Positions 40,230-50,894 of a stretch of DNA of 64,000 bases are shown here, piece by piece. The notes under the pieces were generated by a model that had not been told where the DNA came from, made no database searches, and saw only the letters and a list, made by a program, of their open reading frames with translations. The position numbers and the translations under genes were made by a program. The stretch lies in the NCBI GenBank assembly GCA_963765495.1, contig CAVXWP010000008.1:416001-480000 (forward strand). Reading direction: 5' to 3'. The number at the start of each line of letters is the position of its first letter. Position 1 is the first letter of the stretch. Source of the stretch: Blastocatellia bacterium (GTDB taxonomy: Bacteria > Acidobacteriota > Blastocatellia > UBA7656).

Positions 40230-41450
40230 TTAGTTGTTGCGGGGGCCGGTCCTTGTGGCCCTTAAGACAAGGCGCGCCAGCGAGGGAACACGGACAAAAA
40301 CGCGGGCCAGCAGATTGGCTGCAAACGGCGAGAATGCCACTATTCTCAGGATGCCAGCTATCCTCATCCGATGGCCAAACTCGTTTTCATAGCGGGCCGT
40401 ATAGGACTCGATTACGCTGTTAACAAGCAATTGCGCGTTCGTGGATATTTGTTTTCCGTTGCCATTGGCCGATTCCTGCAATTTCTCGATTTCCTCGATA
40501 ATAGATTCGGCGGCGATTTCACCAGTCCTCAACGCTATCTGTATCCCGGTTCCTGTAAACGGATCAATCATCCCCGAAGCATCGCCGATTGCAATTACTC
40601 CGCGCTGAGATAGTCGCCGATGCCCAAATGTAAGCGGCCCGACTGTGTGCCACTTCCCCACCACATTAGCCTTTGCCAGCCTTCGCCTCGCCAATCGGTT
40701 CTTCATTATCGTTCTGTGTTTGATCTCTAACGCATCGCCACCGGCCTCGCGCACGGTTCGTTCATTGACTATGAAACACAAGTTTGCCAGCCCATTCTCG
40801 ACCCTGGACAACCCGCCATAACCGTCTGGAAAGAAATAGAGTTCTACTTGATCTTCGATGTCAGACACACCTTCGAGGTGAGCCTTAAACGCATAAAGCC
40901 TGTTGCCCGGCTTTCCACCTTTTCGCTCTTCGGGCTCAAGCATCAACCTGGAATTTCGACCCGATGCGTCGACTATCAGTTTCCCGAAGAACTTGACAGC
41001 CTCGCCGCTTGAAAGGTCTAGCCCTTCGACACCTTCCGGCTGGTCTCCGTTATAGAGGCATCGCCTGACGGCCACGCCTTCCAGACAGGTGGCTCCGGCC
41101 TGTCGCGCCCTGTCGAATAAAATCTGATCGAATCTAGCACGGCTGATACTCATCGCCCATGATTTCCCTCCCGACAGATCAGAGATCGAGGTACTTATCA
41201 ATCGCCCGCTTGTCGGGCTGAGACGAAGGCTCTTTATCTGTCGTGCTCCTGCTAAAATCATTTGATCCATGACGTCAAGCCGGTTTAGCGAGGGGAATGA
41301 TTCGGGTGTGACAAATTCCCCACACAGCTTTTGACGCGGCATCTGCTTCTCTTCAAGAAGCAAGACCTTAAGACCCTGCATCGCGAGAAGAATCGCGGCG
41401 CAGGCTCCAGATGGACCGCCTCCTATTATGATGATGTCGTGAATGTTCAT
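40230..41450 (-). CDS. FAD-dependent oxidoreductase (geranylgeranyl reductase/FixC-like)
   Basis: IIGGGPSG, KLCGEF, DASGR, GDASGMIDPFTGTG. Confidence 0.88.
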   Translation of the reverse strand: MNIHDIIIIGGGPSGACAAILLAMQGLKVLLLEEKQMPRQKLCGEFVTPESFPSLNRLDVMDQMILAGARQIKSLRLSPTSGRLISTSISDLSGGKSWAMSISRARFDQILFDRARQAGATCLEGVAVRRCLYNGDQPEGVEGLDLSSGEAVKFFGKLIVDASGRNSRLMLEPEERKGGKPGNRLYAFKAHLEGVSDIEDQVELYFFPDGYGGLSRVENGLANLCFIVNERTVREAGGDALEIKHRTIMKNRLARRRLAKANVVGKWHTVGPLTFGHRRLSQRGVIAIGDASGMIDPFTGTGIQIALRTGEIAAESIIEEIEKLQESANGNGKQISTNAQLLVNSVIESYTARYENEFGHRMRIAGILRIVAFSPFAANLLARVFVRVPSLARLVLRATRTGPRNN

Positions 41451-42148
41451 AGCTCGGCAATGACAGATAAGCGGTAAGGGAACGACCGTTTAACCTCGAA
41501 ACGGCTCAAGCCGGCCCGCTTTGCGAGATTTCTGAACTCTCCGGCCGTAAACCCTCTTAAGACGGAGACCGGACCATCGTTGCGCGTAAGAAAGCTTCTT
41601 GCCAGCAATGGACCCGTCAAACGAATGAAATAGTAAGGGACAAGATTTCGGATAAGATCATTAATAATAATTCTCCGCCTGGCGACTCTTGCGAAATCTT
41701 CGATCAGCTTTACTACATCGTCATCAGTAAAATGATGCAAGAAAAGCGAGGCAGTGACGTAATCAAAACTGTTGTCAGCGAATGGAAGCTTCAGGGCATC
41801 CGCTCTGACAAGTGAGACAGCAGGATTTATACCCAGATGCGTGTGTGCGACCCTTAAATTGCGTTCACTCATATCGAGCGCGGCTATCATGGGCTGAATG
41901 CCACGCGAATGGCACCACTCTGCCACCTCCGTAGGGATGTCTGCCGATCCGGTTCCTACATCGAGAAGCGATAAATGGCCGTCGTTATTACCATCTACGC
42001 TTGTGTTGAGCGCCCTGATTACCACACGCGTCCCGCCCAGAAACCGGTTTATCCGGCGAAGGTCTCGCAAATTCTCTGCTACATCTTCGTCCGTTCCAAT
42101 GCCTGCATCGAGCAGTTCCTCTTCGTATATCCTCTCAGGAGTAAGCAC
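41447..42148 (-). CDS. SAM-dependent methyltransferase
   Basis: RINRFLGG, LDVGTGSAD, LFLHHF, NDGPVSV. GTG start after a G-rich RBS. Overlaps the oxidoreductase start. Confidence 0.88.
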   Translation of the reverse strand: MLTPERIYEEELLDAGIGTDEDVAENLRDLRRINRFLGGTRVVIRALNTSVDGNNDGHLSLLDVGTGSADIPTEVAEWCHSRGIQPMIAALDMSERNLRVAHTHLGINPAVSLVRADALKLPFADNSFDYVTASLFLHHFTDDDVVKLIEDFARVARRRIIINDLIRNLVPYYFIRLTGPLLARSFLTRNDGPVSVLRGFTAGEFRNLAKRAGLSRFEVKRSFPYRLSVIAEL

Positions 42149-42288
42149 TTGCCCTCCCCCTCTCATTGTTAAAGTGTGAACACAGCTTGATGTTCTCTAC
42201 CCTTCCAATCATTCAAGTTCTACCCTTTCAAACAATTCCCGCTCATGGATATAGAGTCTCAAGAGCGGCTGAAGATACTACTGAGTAT

Positions 42289-43032
42289 TCAGATTCTTGT
42301 TCCATACTTTTTTTTCGAAAATCGCTTTCGATTCCTCGGATAATAGAGCCGTACAAGTTTATAGGGGCTTACGCCCACAAGGTAAAGCCATTGAATAAGA
42401 ATCCAAAGTGCGATGGTCTGTATCGCCTTTCCACGCGACCATCTGCGGGGTGATGTTATAACGGTGCCGGAGAGGCAGACCGTACGCCCCGCTTTTTCAA
42501 GCCTTCGGCAAAAATCGTAATCCTCCATTATCGGTGTTGGGGCAAAGCCTCTCAGATGTTCGAACACATCCCGCCGCACCCAGATTACCGAATCACCATA
42601 ATAAATGCCAAACCATCTGCGGATAGTGTTGAGAGAGCCAAAAACACTATTTGACAGGCCGGGTCCGCCACAAGCCATCTTGAAGTTTCCACCCAAAACT
42701 CTTTTATCCTGTAAGGCTTCTTCAATCAAGATCGGCGCGGATTCTGGCAAGGTCGTATCCGCGTGCAAAAACAGGATTACGTTTCCAGTTGCGCGACTTG
42801 CTCCGTGATTCAATTGAATGCCCCGACCCGGTCTTGAAGTGATTACTGATGCTGATGGGAACGGCAAGAGCGCTTCACGCGAAACCATTACTGTGTCGTC
42901 AAGGCTTCCTCCGTCAACGACGATCACCTCTATCCTTCCTTTAATCCCTTCAAGCGATTTGATGGTACTTGCGATGATTTTCGCTTCATTAAGGGCAGGA
43001 ATTATTATTGAGATTCTTATAGCCTCTTGCAT
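42289..43032 (-). CDS. GT2 glycosyltransferase, TIGR04283-like
   Basis: SIIIPALNE, VDGGS, FLHADT, YGD, MED, TSPRRW. Confidence 0.85.
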   Translation of the reverse strand: MQEAIRISIIIPALNEAKIIASTIKSLEGIKGRIEVIVVDGGSLDDTVMVSREALLPFPSASVITSRPGRGIQLNHGASRATGNVILFLHADTTLPESAPILIEEALQDKRVLGGNFKMACGGPGLSNSVFGSLNTIRRWFGIYYGDSVIWVRRDVFEHLRGFAPTPIMEDYDFCRRLEKAGRTVCLSGTVITSPRRWSRGKAIQTIALWILIQWLYLVGVSPYKLVRLYYPRNRKRFSKKKYGTRI

Positions 43033-43211
43033 TTAGGGCCCTCAACCTCGCAAAGGCCAATTCTAGCGTTCGAACGAGGGGCGATTATACAAGAATATTG
43101 AGGTCGATCATATCCGAGGTTGATCGTAATGAGTGGGTTTGGGGATTTTTAACTGGGAATAGGATAATTTCCGGTATCGTCAGATTTCGCGATCCAGAAT
43201 AGTCTCCCCTC

Positions 43212-43475
43212 TCAGACTCGATGTTCCCGCAACCTGTTTAGCAATCGTGTTCGTGCCACGCGCGCTCTGCCCATCGCCTCGATATATTCGCTCAAGGCCT
43301 TTGCGCGGCGTGTTTCCATCTCTGTTTGATTCTGCCCACTGATTTTTTGTTCGATCTTTTGGAGCTTCATCCTCGTCTTCGCGAGTTGCGATCTGGTTTC
43401 TACAACCGAATGCATGAGCGTTGTTAGTTTGGCCTCTCCAGACCCGATGTTCTCCATCTCCTTCTGGTTTTTCAT
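43212..43475 (-). CDS. Small basic helical hypothetical protein
   Basis: 87 aa, AAGGAG RBS, coiled-coil character. Confidence 0.6.
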   Translation of the reverse strand: MKNQKEMENIGSGEAKLTTLMHSVVETRSQLAKTRMKLQKIEQKISGQNQTEMETRRAKALSEYIEAMGRARVARTRLLNRLREHRV

Positions 43476-43589
43476 TTATCAGTGCTCCTTAACATATTCA
43501 TACTTCATTCCACTCAGGAAGCGTCGCGCTCCTGTAAAGCTTGAGCCTTTTCACCGGCAAAATCGGATAATTTTTTACAATTGATTCAA

Positions 43590-43841
43590 TCACTTCTTCC
43601 CTGGAATGAACTCTCCAGTGAAGGATTCGATGACGTTTTTCGTCAATCCAACTACGGGTATCAAATCCAGGGCCACGTCGGCGGCGCCTTTCAAAACACC
43701 CTTACGGCGTAATTTATCGAATGCAAGGGCTGCGATGGCACAACCGCCGATTAGAAACAGCGGATTTGTGGCGCGCTTTATTAGCCTGCGCTTGATAGCC
43801 CGCTTTACTATAGATCGTTTGATTTCTGTTCTAATTCCCAT
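43590..43841 (-). CDS. Small basic hypothetical protein with a hydrophobic segment
   Basis: AGGAGG RBS, DLIPVVGLTKNVIE motif. Confidence 0.65.
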   Translation of the reverse strand: MGIRTEIKRSIVKRAIKRRLIKRATNPLFLIGGCAIAALAFDKLRRKGVLKGAADVALDLIPVVGLTKNVIESFTGEFIPGKK

Positions 43842-43860
43842 CAGTCCTCCTAAATAATTT

Positions 43861-44190
43861 TCAGGCTACGAGTTTTTCGCCGTTCCGATTCCCTTTGTTT
43901 CTGATTCTCGTTATCACAGATGTGATCAATCTTTCGGCCCCGCTTTTGGCGCTCAAATAAAACAACGCGCGTGAACCTGATTTAAGCACGCTTGGTTCAC
44001 AGGCCAGCAGATTAGTAGTGGCGCAGAGCGATCCGATGAGAATGGCATCGCGTTTCTGCTCGCCAAGAGTCCCGCCTGAAAGGATTCCTCTCCGCTCGTT
44101 CGGGTCAAGGATGAAAAATCTATACTCACTATTTTGAGTCTGGATGATAAGCTCATCCGACTCCTTAATCGCTTCAAATGTGATCTCCAT
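43861..44190 (-). CDS. Hypothetical beta-rich protein, 109 aa
   Basis: TQNSEYRF, GILSGG, LITSVI. Coupled to the upstream small ORF. Confidence 0.7.
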   Translation of the reverse strand: MEITFEAIKESDELIIQTQNSEYRFFILDPNERRGILSGGTLGEQKRDAILIGSLCATTNLLACEPSVLKSGSRALFYLSAKSGAERLITSVITRIRNKGNRNGEKLVA

Positions 44191-44191
44191 T

Positions 44192-44350
44192 TTATCCCCT
44201 TCCTACTTCTTGAAGTTTGGGAGAGGCGTCGATACGCTCTTCCGACATCCTTCCAAACGCCGCTCCGAAAAGTCTGGCTAAAAGCGCCCCACCTAACGAT
44301 GCATAAAGCAAAATAAAGAATGACAAAAAGATAAACTGCGTAATGCCCAT
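44192..44350 (-). CDS. 52-aa single-TM small protein, first gene after the sigma54 promoter
   Basis: MGITQFIFLSFFILLYASLGGALLARLFG..., GAGGAAGG RBS. Confidence 0.55.
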   Translation of the reverse strand: MGITQFIFLSFFILLYASLGGALLARLFGAAFGRMSEERIDASPKLQEVGRG

Positions 44351-44382
44351 GATTGTTACCCTTCCTCTCGTAAATTGGAGGG

Positions 44383-44398
44383 TGCAATAGCTATGCCA
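44383..44398 (-). promoter_or_regulatory. sigma54 (-24/-12) promoter TGGCATAGCTATTGCA
   Basis: Matches TGGCAC-N5-TTGCA with correct GG/GC spacing. Adjacent to a divergent sigma54 activator gene. Confidence 0.8.
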
Positions 44399-44672
44399 GT
44401 CGATCCAGACCGGCGAAAATTGCAAAAATTGCTGGTTTTGAAAGGAATTGTCTGGAGTTTCGGCCAACTGCTCGTATGAAAGCATTACGTAAGCCGGTTA
44501 TATGACAGAGATTGATACGCTTGACTTTGAAAACCTACCCTAATAAAATCGCTACGCTTTATATGGGTCTGTGGGATAATTAGTTTATACCTTGTAATCC
44601 ATTGCACGAAAACCTTCCCAGGAATGTATAATTTACAATACGAGGCGAAAGCTACGCCGTGAAGGGCAAGAG

Positions 44673-47600
44673 ATGGCAAGCATAGATACCCTCAACATCA
44701 ATAGTATCGAAGATGCAATTGCTGCCGGGGAGGACGCGCTTGAGAACAGTCGCTTTGAGGAGGCGACAAACCACTTCAAGTACGCTCTCAGACTCATCCC
44801 CCGGTCGGCAAATGAGGAAGCCCTTATTCGATGTCGGCTCAGCGAAGCGCTCGAAAAGCGCGGGCTCTGGCCCGAGCAGTTGGAGCCGGTTTCAAAATAC
44901 TCGAGCCCAGGTGATTTCGAACGTCTGGCTGAGAAGACTCAGATGGAGGTGTTGATTCGTCTAGGCTGGGGCCATTCCATGAATCGCGATATCCCCCGCG
45001 CTATCGCTCATTTCAACAGGGCATTCGAAATCGCGCATCGACATAACGATCATGACGGGATGGGAAAGTGCCATTTTGGGCTGGGTCGGGCGTATGGAAA
45101 CTTCTCCGAACACCGAATCGCACACGACCATTATCTTTCGGCGCTCGACCATTTTCGTCAAACCGGCAACTGGCGCAATATCGCCGAGTCCTATCTGAAG
45201 GTCGGGTATGCTTATGCATATGATGGCGATTATCGTAATGGTCGCCATTATCTGAGGCAGGCTCTTACTTTCGTAGGAGATCACGAAGATCACGATATTT
45301 TGGGCCGGACACATATGTATCTGGCGCTCACCTATGACAATCTGGGATTGACCGAGAGCGCGCTCGACTCGTGGGAAAGGGCGCAGAAGCATTTTGAAGC
45401 CGCCGGGAATGTCACTTTCCTGGCTATCAACCAGAACAATCTTGCCGATAAACTCATCTGGCTTGGTGAATGGGATAGGGCCGAGCAACTACTACATGAA
45501 TCAATCGAGATTCTAAAATCAGCCTCACCCATCAACCACGGTGGCGTCATAGACACACTCGCCCAACTCCAACTGCTGAGGGGAAATATAGAATATGCCG
45601 ATAAATTGTCGGATGAAGCCATAGAATTGCTCACTTCAGTAAAGGCCGGGGAATGGGTGGAATTGACGGCCCGAATCACTGCGGGCCGAAGTTATCTGCT
45701 AAAAGGGCAACCGGACGAGGCGATGAAGTCCATCGAGAGGACGATTGAAATCTCTGAGCGTACAGGTGATCAAAGATATGTACACGAAGCACCGCTATGG
45801 ATGGCCGAAGCGCTCTTGCAAAAGGGACGGATTGCGGAAGCACGCCAGCTTGTAGACGGGGTATGGTCAAAATTGCGAAGACTTCCAGTCATGCAAGTCT
45901 GGGGGCTGATGATGCGTATGGCTGCCAAGGTCGAAGCTGCCGAGGGACATATCGCTGCTGCTACACAATCCCTCAGCCAGAGCACTTCCATTTATGAATT
46001 GAGGGGGTATCGGTACGAATGCGCGGTCAATAGCATGGTCCTTGCAAAGATGTTAAGGAACCAGGGCTCGATTCCCGAAGCCATTGGAGAGACAGAATTG
46101 GCAGTCGCAGTTTTCAAGCGGCTTGGGGCAATGCTGGATTATACCAAGGCGACCGAATTTCTGGAGGAATTGAAGACATCTGCCTCAGATGACGGCAAGC
46201 AATCTCGGGAGGGTGATCAGTTTTTTTCAGCAGGTCAGGGGTCTCGCGCCACTTTCCTCGACCTCGCCTCCGCAATGGATGGATATATAGCGCAACGTCT
46301 GGTCCAGGCTTCTGTTACGCGCGAGTTGCTCCTTTACGAAATCACCTCGATTTCACGAACACTGGCCGCAGGCCAGGGAGCCATCGTATTTGAGAGGCCA
46401 CAAGCTGATGATTTGGGGAAAAACGAGAATAGTTTTATAGTGGCTGCCTCGGTAGGACTTGGCGAAAATGAGCAGAAAGAAGACCTGGAATTTATCTCTA
46501 AACTCCCTTTGAGCGAGTATGATCGCAACCTGGTTTATACATTTTCAGACAATCAGCAATCCGATTTTCTCCTTCACATTATCTCACCAAGGTCGGAGCG
46601 CTTTCTAACAGGTACTGTGAACCTGGAACCATTACTGGGCCTGGTTGAACAGGGTCTTGAAAGCCATTATCTGAAGAGTAGAGTCCGCAGGACGCAGGCA
46701 TTTAATCCAGCACGCTTATTATCACAGGTTGAGTTGCCAGGATTTATCTGCGCCAGCCGGGCTATGAGCCGGGTCCTTGAACAGATTCACAAGATTCGTT
46801 CATCGGATGTCACAGTGCTGATAACCGGGGAATCGGGGACGGGCAAAGAATTGATAGCGCGAGCGGTACACGCAGGCAGTTCGCGAAGAGTAAATATATT
46901 CCTCCCCTTTAACTGTTCTGCTGCCCCGCGCGAAATGGTCGAGAGCCAGTTATTTGGTTACCGAAAAGGAGCCTTTACAGGGGCAATCGCCAGTAATCCC
47001 GGAATCATCAGGGCCGCCGAACGTGGGACTCTCTTTCTCGATGAAATCGGAGACCTGCCTCTGGACCTTCAGCCAAAACTGCTAAGATTTCTACAGGAGG
47101 GCGAGATTCACCCTATAGGAGAGAATAAACCAGAGCATGTCGATGTGCGCGTGGTAGCTGCTACAAATTCGGCACTTGAGAAGGCAGTGGAAGATGGAAA
47201 ATTCCGCGAAGATCTGTTCCATCGCCTCAACGTAATCCGCATAGAGGTTCCGCCGCTCCGAGAACGCCGGGAAGAAATCCCTGCGCTCGTCAATCATTAT
47301 ATGACTCAATATCAGGAAGAGGCTTCGAAACGCGAGATTCAGCTGACGGAAGAGGCCGTCGATCTATTGGTCGTTTATGATTGGCCCGGCAATGTCAGAC
47401 AGTTGTGCAACGAAGTCCGTCGCATTATTGCCTACAGCGATTCCGGCACCCTTGTAAGCCCGGAAGCTCTCTCACCTCAAATTGTGCGCGCCGTACCAAC
47501 ATCTACACCAAGTACGCAAAAGGCTGCTCCTACATCTATCCAGACGCCTAGCGGAGTTACACTTGCCGAAGCGGTAGAAGAGTTGGAAAAGCAGATGATA

Positions 47601-47711
47601 CAAGATGCGATGCGTCGAAATGCCGGCAATATTGCGCGCGCGGCGAAAGAACTGGGGCTCTCGCGAAAGGGGCTTTACTTGAAGATGGACCGATTCAAAT
47701 TCAAGCTCTAA
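44673..47711 (+). CDS. sigma54-dependent enhancer-binding protein with long N-terminal TPR region and Fis HTH
   Basis: TPR-like repeats, [42 protein letters not shown]. Confidence 0.92.
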   Translation: MASIDTLNINSIEDAIAAGEDALENSRFEEATNHFKYALRLIPRSANEEALIRCRLSEALEKRGLWPEQLEPVSKYSSPGDFERLAEKTQMEVLIRLGWGHSMNRDIPRAIAHFNRAFEIAHRHNDHDGMGKCHFGLGRAYGNFSEHRIAHDHYLSALDHFRQTGNWRNIAESYLKVGYAYAYDGDYRNGRHYLRQALTFVGDHEDHDILGRTHMYLALTYDNLGLTESALDSWERAQKHFEAAGNVTFLAINQNNLADKLIWLGEWDRAEQLLHESIEILKSASPINHGGVIDTLAQLQLLRGNIEYADKLSDEAIELLTSVKAGEWVELTARITAGRSYLLKGQPDEAMKSIERTIEISERTGDQRYVHEAPLWMAEALLQKGRIAEARQLVDGVWSKLRRLPVMQVWGLMMRMAAKVEAAEGHIAAATQSLSQSTSIYELRGYRYECAVNSMVLAKMLRNQGSIPEAIGETELAVAVFKRLGAMLDYTKATEFLEELKTSASDDGKQSREGDQFFSAGQGSRATFLDLASAMDGYIAQRLVQASVTRELLLYEITSISRTLAAGQGAIVFERPQADDLGKNENSFIVAASVGLGENEQKEDLEFISKLPLSEYDRNLVYTFSDNQQSDFLLHIISPRSERFLTGTVNLEPLLGLVEQGLESHYLKSRVRRTQAFNPARLLSQVELPGFICASRAMSRVLEQIHKIRSSDVTVLITGESGTGKELIARAVHAGSSRRVNIFLPFNCSAAPREMVESQLFGYRKGAFTGAIASNPGIIRAAERGTLFLDEIGDLPLDLQPKLLRFLQEGEIHPIGENKPEHVDVRVVAATNSALEKAVEDGKFREDLFHRLNVIRIEVPPLRERREEIPALVNHYMTQYQEEASKREIQLTEEAVDLLVVYDWPGNVRQLCNEVRRIIAYSDSGTLVSPEALSPQIVRAVPTSTPSTQKAAPTSIQTPSGVTLAEAVEELEKQMIQDAMRRNAGNIARAAKELGLSRKGLYLKMDRFKFKL

Positions 47712-47760
47712 CACGTCACCCACAAGCCTACTGGCGCAAGCCTCAAGTAAGCAAGTAGCC

Positions 47761-48456
47761 TTAACTCACCGAAGAACCTGAATCCAGTTCCCTGACAACC
47801 ACATCGTCATCGAAACCGATCACTACCTTATGGCACAACCCGATGAACAGACCTACCTCGACTATCCCGGGCAATTGCTTTATCTCTCTTTCAAGAGCCG
47901 GGGCATCCTCGATCAATCCAAATGCACAGTCAAGGATATAGTTTCCGTTATCAGTCTCAAAGACTTTGCCTTCTCTTTCACGAAGCAGCGGTTTGCTACC
48001 CAGGTCTGTCAGCAGACGGGCCGACATCTTCCACGCAAAAGGCAAGACCTCTACGGGGACCGCCCAGGATTTGCCAAGCCTCTCTACCAGTTTCTCTTTG
48101 TCGACTACGATGATTACCTGCTTCGAAGCGTAGGCCACAAGCTTTTCGCGAGTCAGCGCCCCCCCGCCTCCTTTGATCATATTGAAGGCAGAGTCAATTT
48201 CATCAGCCCCGTCAATATCAATGTCTATCCCTGACACTTCGTTGAGATCGGCGAGCGGAATCCCAAGATCATTCGCCATTCTTTCGCTTGTTATCGAGGT
48301 TGGCACACCTGTTAATTTCATCCCCGATTTAACCAGACGACCTATGCCCTCTATTGCGAATTTAGTTGTAGACCCGGTTCCAAGACCGATTATCATCCCA
48401 TCCCTGACAAACTCCACAGCACGTTCGGCAGCACGCATCTTTAGCTCATCTTTCAT
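47761..48456 (-). CDS. rpiA: Ribose-5-phosphate isomerase A
   Basis: GLGTGST, DGADE, IKGGGGALTREK, TDNGNYILD. Confidence 0.96.
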   Translation of the reverse strand: MKDELKMRAAERAVEFVRDGMIIGLGTGSTTKFAIEGIGRLVKSGMKLTGVPTSITSERMANDLGIPLADLNEVSGIDIDIDGADEIDSAFNMIKGGGGALTREKLVAYASKQVIIVVDKEKLVERLGKSWAVPVEVLPFAWKMSARLLTDLGSKPLLREREGKVFETDNGNYILDCAFGLIEDAPALEREIKQLPGIVEVGLFIGLCHKVVIGFDDDVVVRELDSGSSVS

Positions 48457-48661
48457 TTTTCCCTCGCATTCCAAACTGGGTTAAACAACAGCAGCAGCGC
48501 CTTTGCCCATAGGCGGCAGGCCAGTTTCATATCTTGACGCCGCCGCCAAGATAACATTCGGCAGATCATTCTTCAACCGCTCGGCACAATTCAAGACCTG
48601 GAAGCTTCTACGCAATTCTGATAGACTTGGGAAGATAATCAAGGAATCGGGGGAAATCAAA

Positions 48662-48889
48662 GTGAGCTTAGTAATCTTTACAAAGCCCGGCTGCCCTTAT
48701 TGCGCCAAGGCTCGTGAGCACTACACCAGGGAGGGTATCATCTTCGAAGAACGCAACGCCCAGGACAATCTCGAATTTAGAAAAGAGATGCTCGCCTTTA
48801 GCAAAGGTGACCCAACCGTACCCGTTATCGTGGAAGATGGAAGGCTTAAACAGATAGGATGGGAAGGACGTGGCTGAACGGTTCACTAA
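48662..48889 (+). CDS. Glutaredoxin-like protein with probable C-terminal selenocysteine (Uxx-star type)
   Basis: GTG start, CPYC, VPVI. GWEGRG-TGA-T-V-H-TAA is followed by a SECIS-like hairpin. Confidence 0.75.
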
Positions 48890-48891
48890 GG

Positions 48892-48909
48892 GTCGGGCGG
48901 TCGTCCGGC
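48892..48909 (+). promoter_or_regulatory. Candidate bacterial SECIS hairpin
   Basis: GTCGGGC-GGTC-GTCCGGC stem-loop. The G-initiated loop starts 21 nt after the UGA. Confidence 0.6.
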
Positions 48910-48956
48910 AAAATAATCTTTGTGGATAATTTGAATCAGTTGATGAGTGAACATTT

Positions 48957-49325
48957 ATGGCGACAACAACGAATACGACTAGAAAAGAGTTTTCAGGCCG
49001 CTACCAGAAGGAACTCCAGCGGCTTGCAGAGTTGATAGACTGGTTGTGGGAAGAACACGGGAAATCATTCGTTCAGGCTGGTGACGACCAGGTATTCGCC
49101 TTCGGCGGGCTCGGATATATAATCGTCTTTGATGAATCACGATGGGGCGGGCTCGTAGAATTGATCACCCCAAAATCAACTCTGACATTCAAACCCGGGG
49201 ATGATGGAAAGGTTCAAGTGGTAGCAGAAAACCTTGACGAGAAGATTATAAAGCAAGTGATTGATGATGGGGTCTCAGGGTTGAGAAATTATTACGAAAA
49301 TCGCTATTGGAGCACCCCTCAGTAA
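48957..49325 (+). CDS. Hypothetical protein
   Basis: 122-aa ORF with normal composition, downstream of the glutaredoxin gene. Confidence 0.7.
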   Translation: MATTTNTTRKEFSGRYQKELQRLAELIDWLWEEHGKSFVQAGDDQVFAFGGLGYIIVFDESRWGGLVELITPKSTLTFKPGDDGKVQVVAENLDEKIIKQVIDDGVSGLRNYYENRYWSTPQ

Positions 49326-49377
49326 ATTCTTGAACAGAGTTAAGGTGAATCATCAAGAATAAGGCTAACTATTTGAT

Positions 49378-49941
49378 TTAATAGCCGAAACTCAGACCAT
49401 CAAGACAACGGTCAATCAATCGTTCAGGTTCTACTTCAAAGAAAACCATTGAATTTGCTGATGTCTTTGAGAACCTGATAATGTCGGCAATATGATCGGC
49501 TACGCCACCTGAACCTTCGAGAACACCAATAATTTTTCCTTCATCGTAGGCGATAGTAAACTCATTGAGAGTTCCAATACTTCCGCCAAATATTATTACA
49601 ATATCTGAGGCCCTGATGTTGATGACGTTTCGTCCTTTCAAACCAAAGCCAGTATAAATTATGACATCTGCCGCATCTAAAGGCAGGTTGTATTTCTCCA
49701 CATGCTCCCGATCCGATATGGCCGGGGAAATGCCTATGGCAAGGCATCCTTGTGCTCTTGCAGCTCTTGAGACACGATCAGGCAGGCCGGTTGTAGCGCC
49801 TGTTATCAAGACACAATTTTTTTCCGCAATGTATGCCCCCAGCCGGTCTGCCAAGTCATATATTCTTTGATCCGCAGGATCTGAATTAATGCTTTGAGCC
49901 GATCCCATGACCCCAATTTTTGGTCTCCTGTCACCTGTCAT
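49378..49941 (-). CDS. LOG/SLOG family (TIGR00725-like) protein
   Basis: IGVMGS, ITGATTG, GISP, GRNVIN, GGSIGTLNE. Confidence 0.85.
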   Translation of the reverse strand: MTGDRRPKIGVMGSAQSINSDPADQRIYDLADRLGAYIAEKNCVLITGATTGLPDRVSRAARAQGCLAIGISPAISDREHVEKYNLPLDAADVIIYTGFGLKGRNVINIRASDIVIIFGGSIGTLNEFTIAYDEGKIIGVLEGSGGVADHIADIIRFSKTSANSMVFFEVEPERLIDRCLDGLSFGY

Positions 49942-50022
49942 CCTGCCCACCTCACTTCTGGTTGATAATACTTGAGAAAGAATATAAAAAGGTAGAGTAC
50001 TTTCTGAATTAGGAGCAAGTCG

Positions 50023-50838
50023 TTGGCCGCAGGAATCTATATTGGAACCCAGGGTTGGAATTATGAAGGTTGGAAGGGAGCATTTTACCCGCGCGGCACG
50101 ACAAATAAGGAGATGCTCTCTCTTTATTCAAAAGTGTTCGATACAGTTGAAATAGACTCAACATTTTACGCTACACCTTCGGAGCATTCCGTTCGGCTTT
50201 GGATCGACCGCACCCCACCGGGATTTATCTTCTCTGTTAAGCTGCTATCTGAAATAACTCATAAAAACCGATTGAGAGAAAGCACAAAGTTACTGACAGA
50301 GTTTCTCAATCGTATAAGCATTTTTGAGGAAAAGCTTGGTTGTATACTGATCCAGATGCCGCCGGATTTTTCACCTTCTGAACGTCAATCACTAAATTCG
50401 TTTCTTGAAATATTACCGGGTGATTTTCGCTTTGCCGTGGAATTTCGCGACCCGGCGTGGATGACAGCGCAGACATTCGCCGATTTGGATCGAAGAAATG
50501 TCGCAATCACACTGGTGGACAGCAAGTGGATTAATCGCTCCTTAAGCTTTAGAGCTCTAAACCATCTGCCGTCTGACTTCGCCTATATCAGGTGGCTCGG
50601 ACCCCGGGAATTGACCGATTTTAGCCGAATTCAAATCAATAGGGATGAAGAGTTAAAGACCTGGGGTGAATATTTTAGCGTTTTAAGAGGAAAGGTACCC
50701 ACGCTTTACGGTTATTTTAACAACCACTTTCAGGGCCATTCTCCAGCAAGTTGTAATCAGTTCAAGCGAATACTTGGAATGCCGGTCGTAAACCCCGAAA
50801 CCCTACAGGTACAGCCTTCTCTATTTTCAAATTTTTAA
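50023..50838 (+). CDS. DUF72 family protein
   Basis: IGTQGWNY, VEIDSTFY, QMPP, AVEFR, YFNNH. Confidence 0.9.
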   Translation: MAAGIYIGTQGWNYEGWKGAFYPRGTTNKEMLSLYSKVFDTVEIDSTFYATPSEHSVRLWIDRTPPGFIFSVKLLSEITHKNRLRESTKLLTEFLNRISIFEEKLGCILIQMPPDFSPSERQSLNSFLEILPGDFRFAVEFRDPAWMTAQTFADLDRRNVAITLVDSKWINRSLSFRALNHLPSDFAYIRWLGPRELTDFSRIQINRDEELKTWGEYFSVLRGKVPTLYGYFNNHFQGHSPASCNQFKRILGMPVVNPETLQVQPSLFSNF

Positions 50839-50894
50839 GAAAACAGTGCATATCAGAAATCACTTGAGGTATATACATCTCTCAGACCGAAAGA

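Noticed and set aside
48921-48929. TGTGGATAA DnaA box
   Set aside because: Isolated copy with no cluster or unwinding element, so not evidence for oriC.
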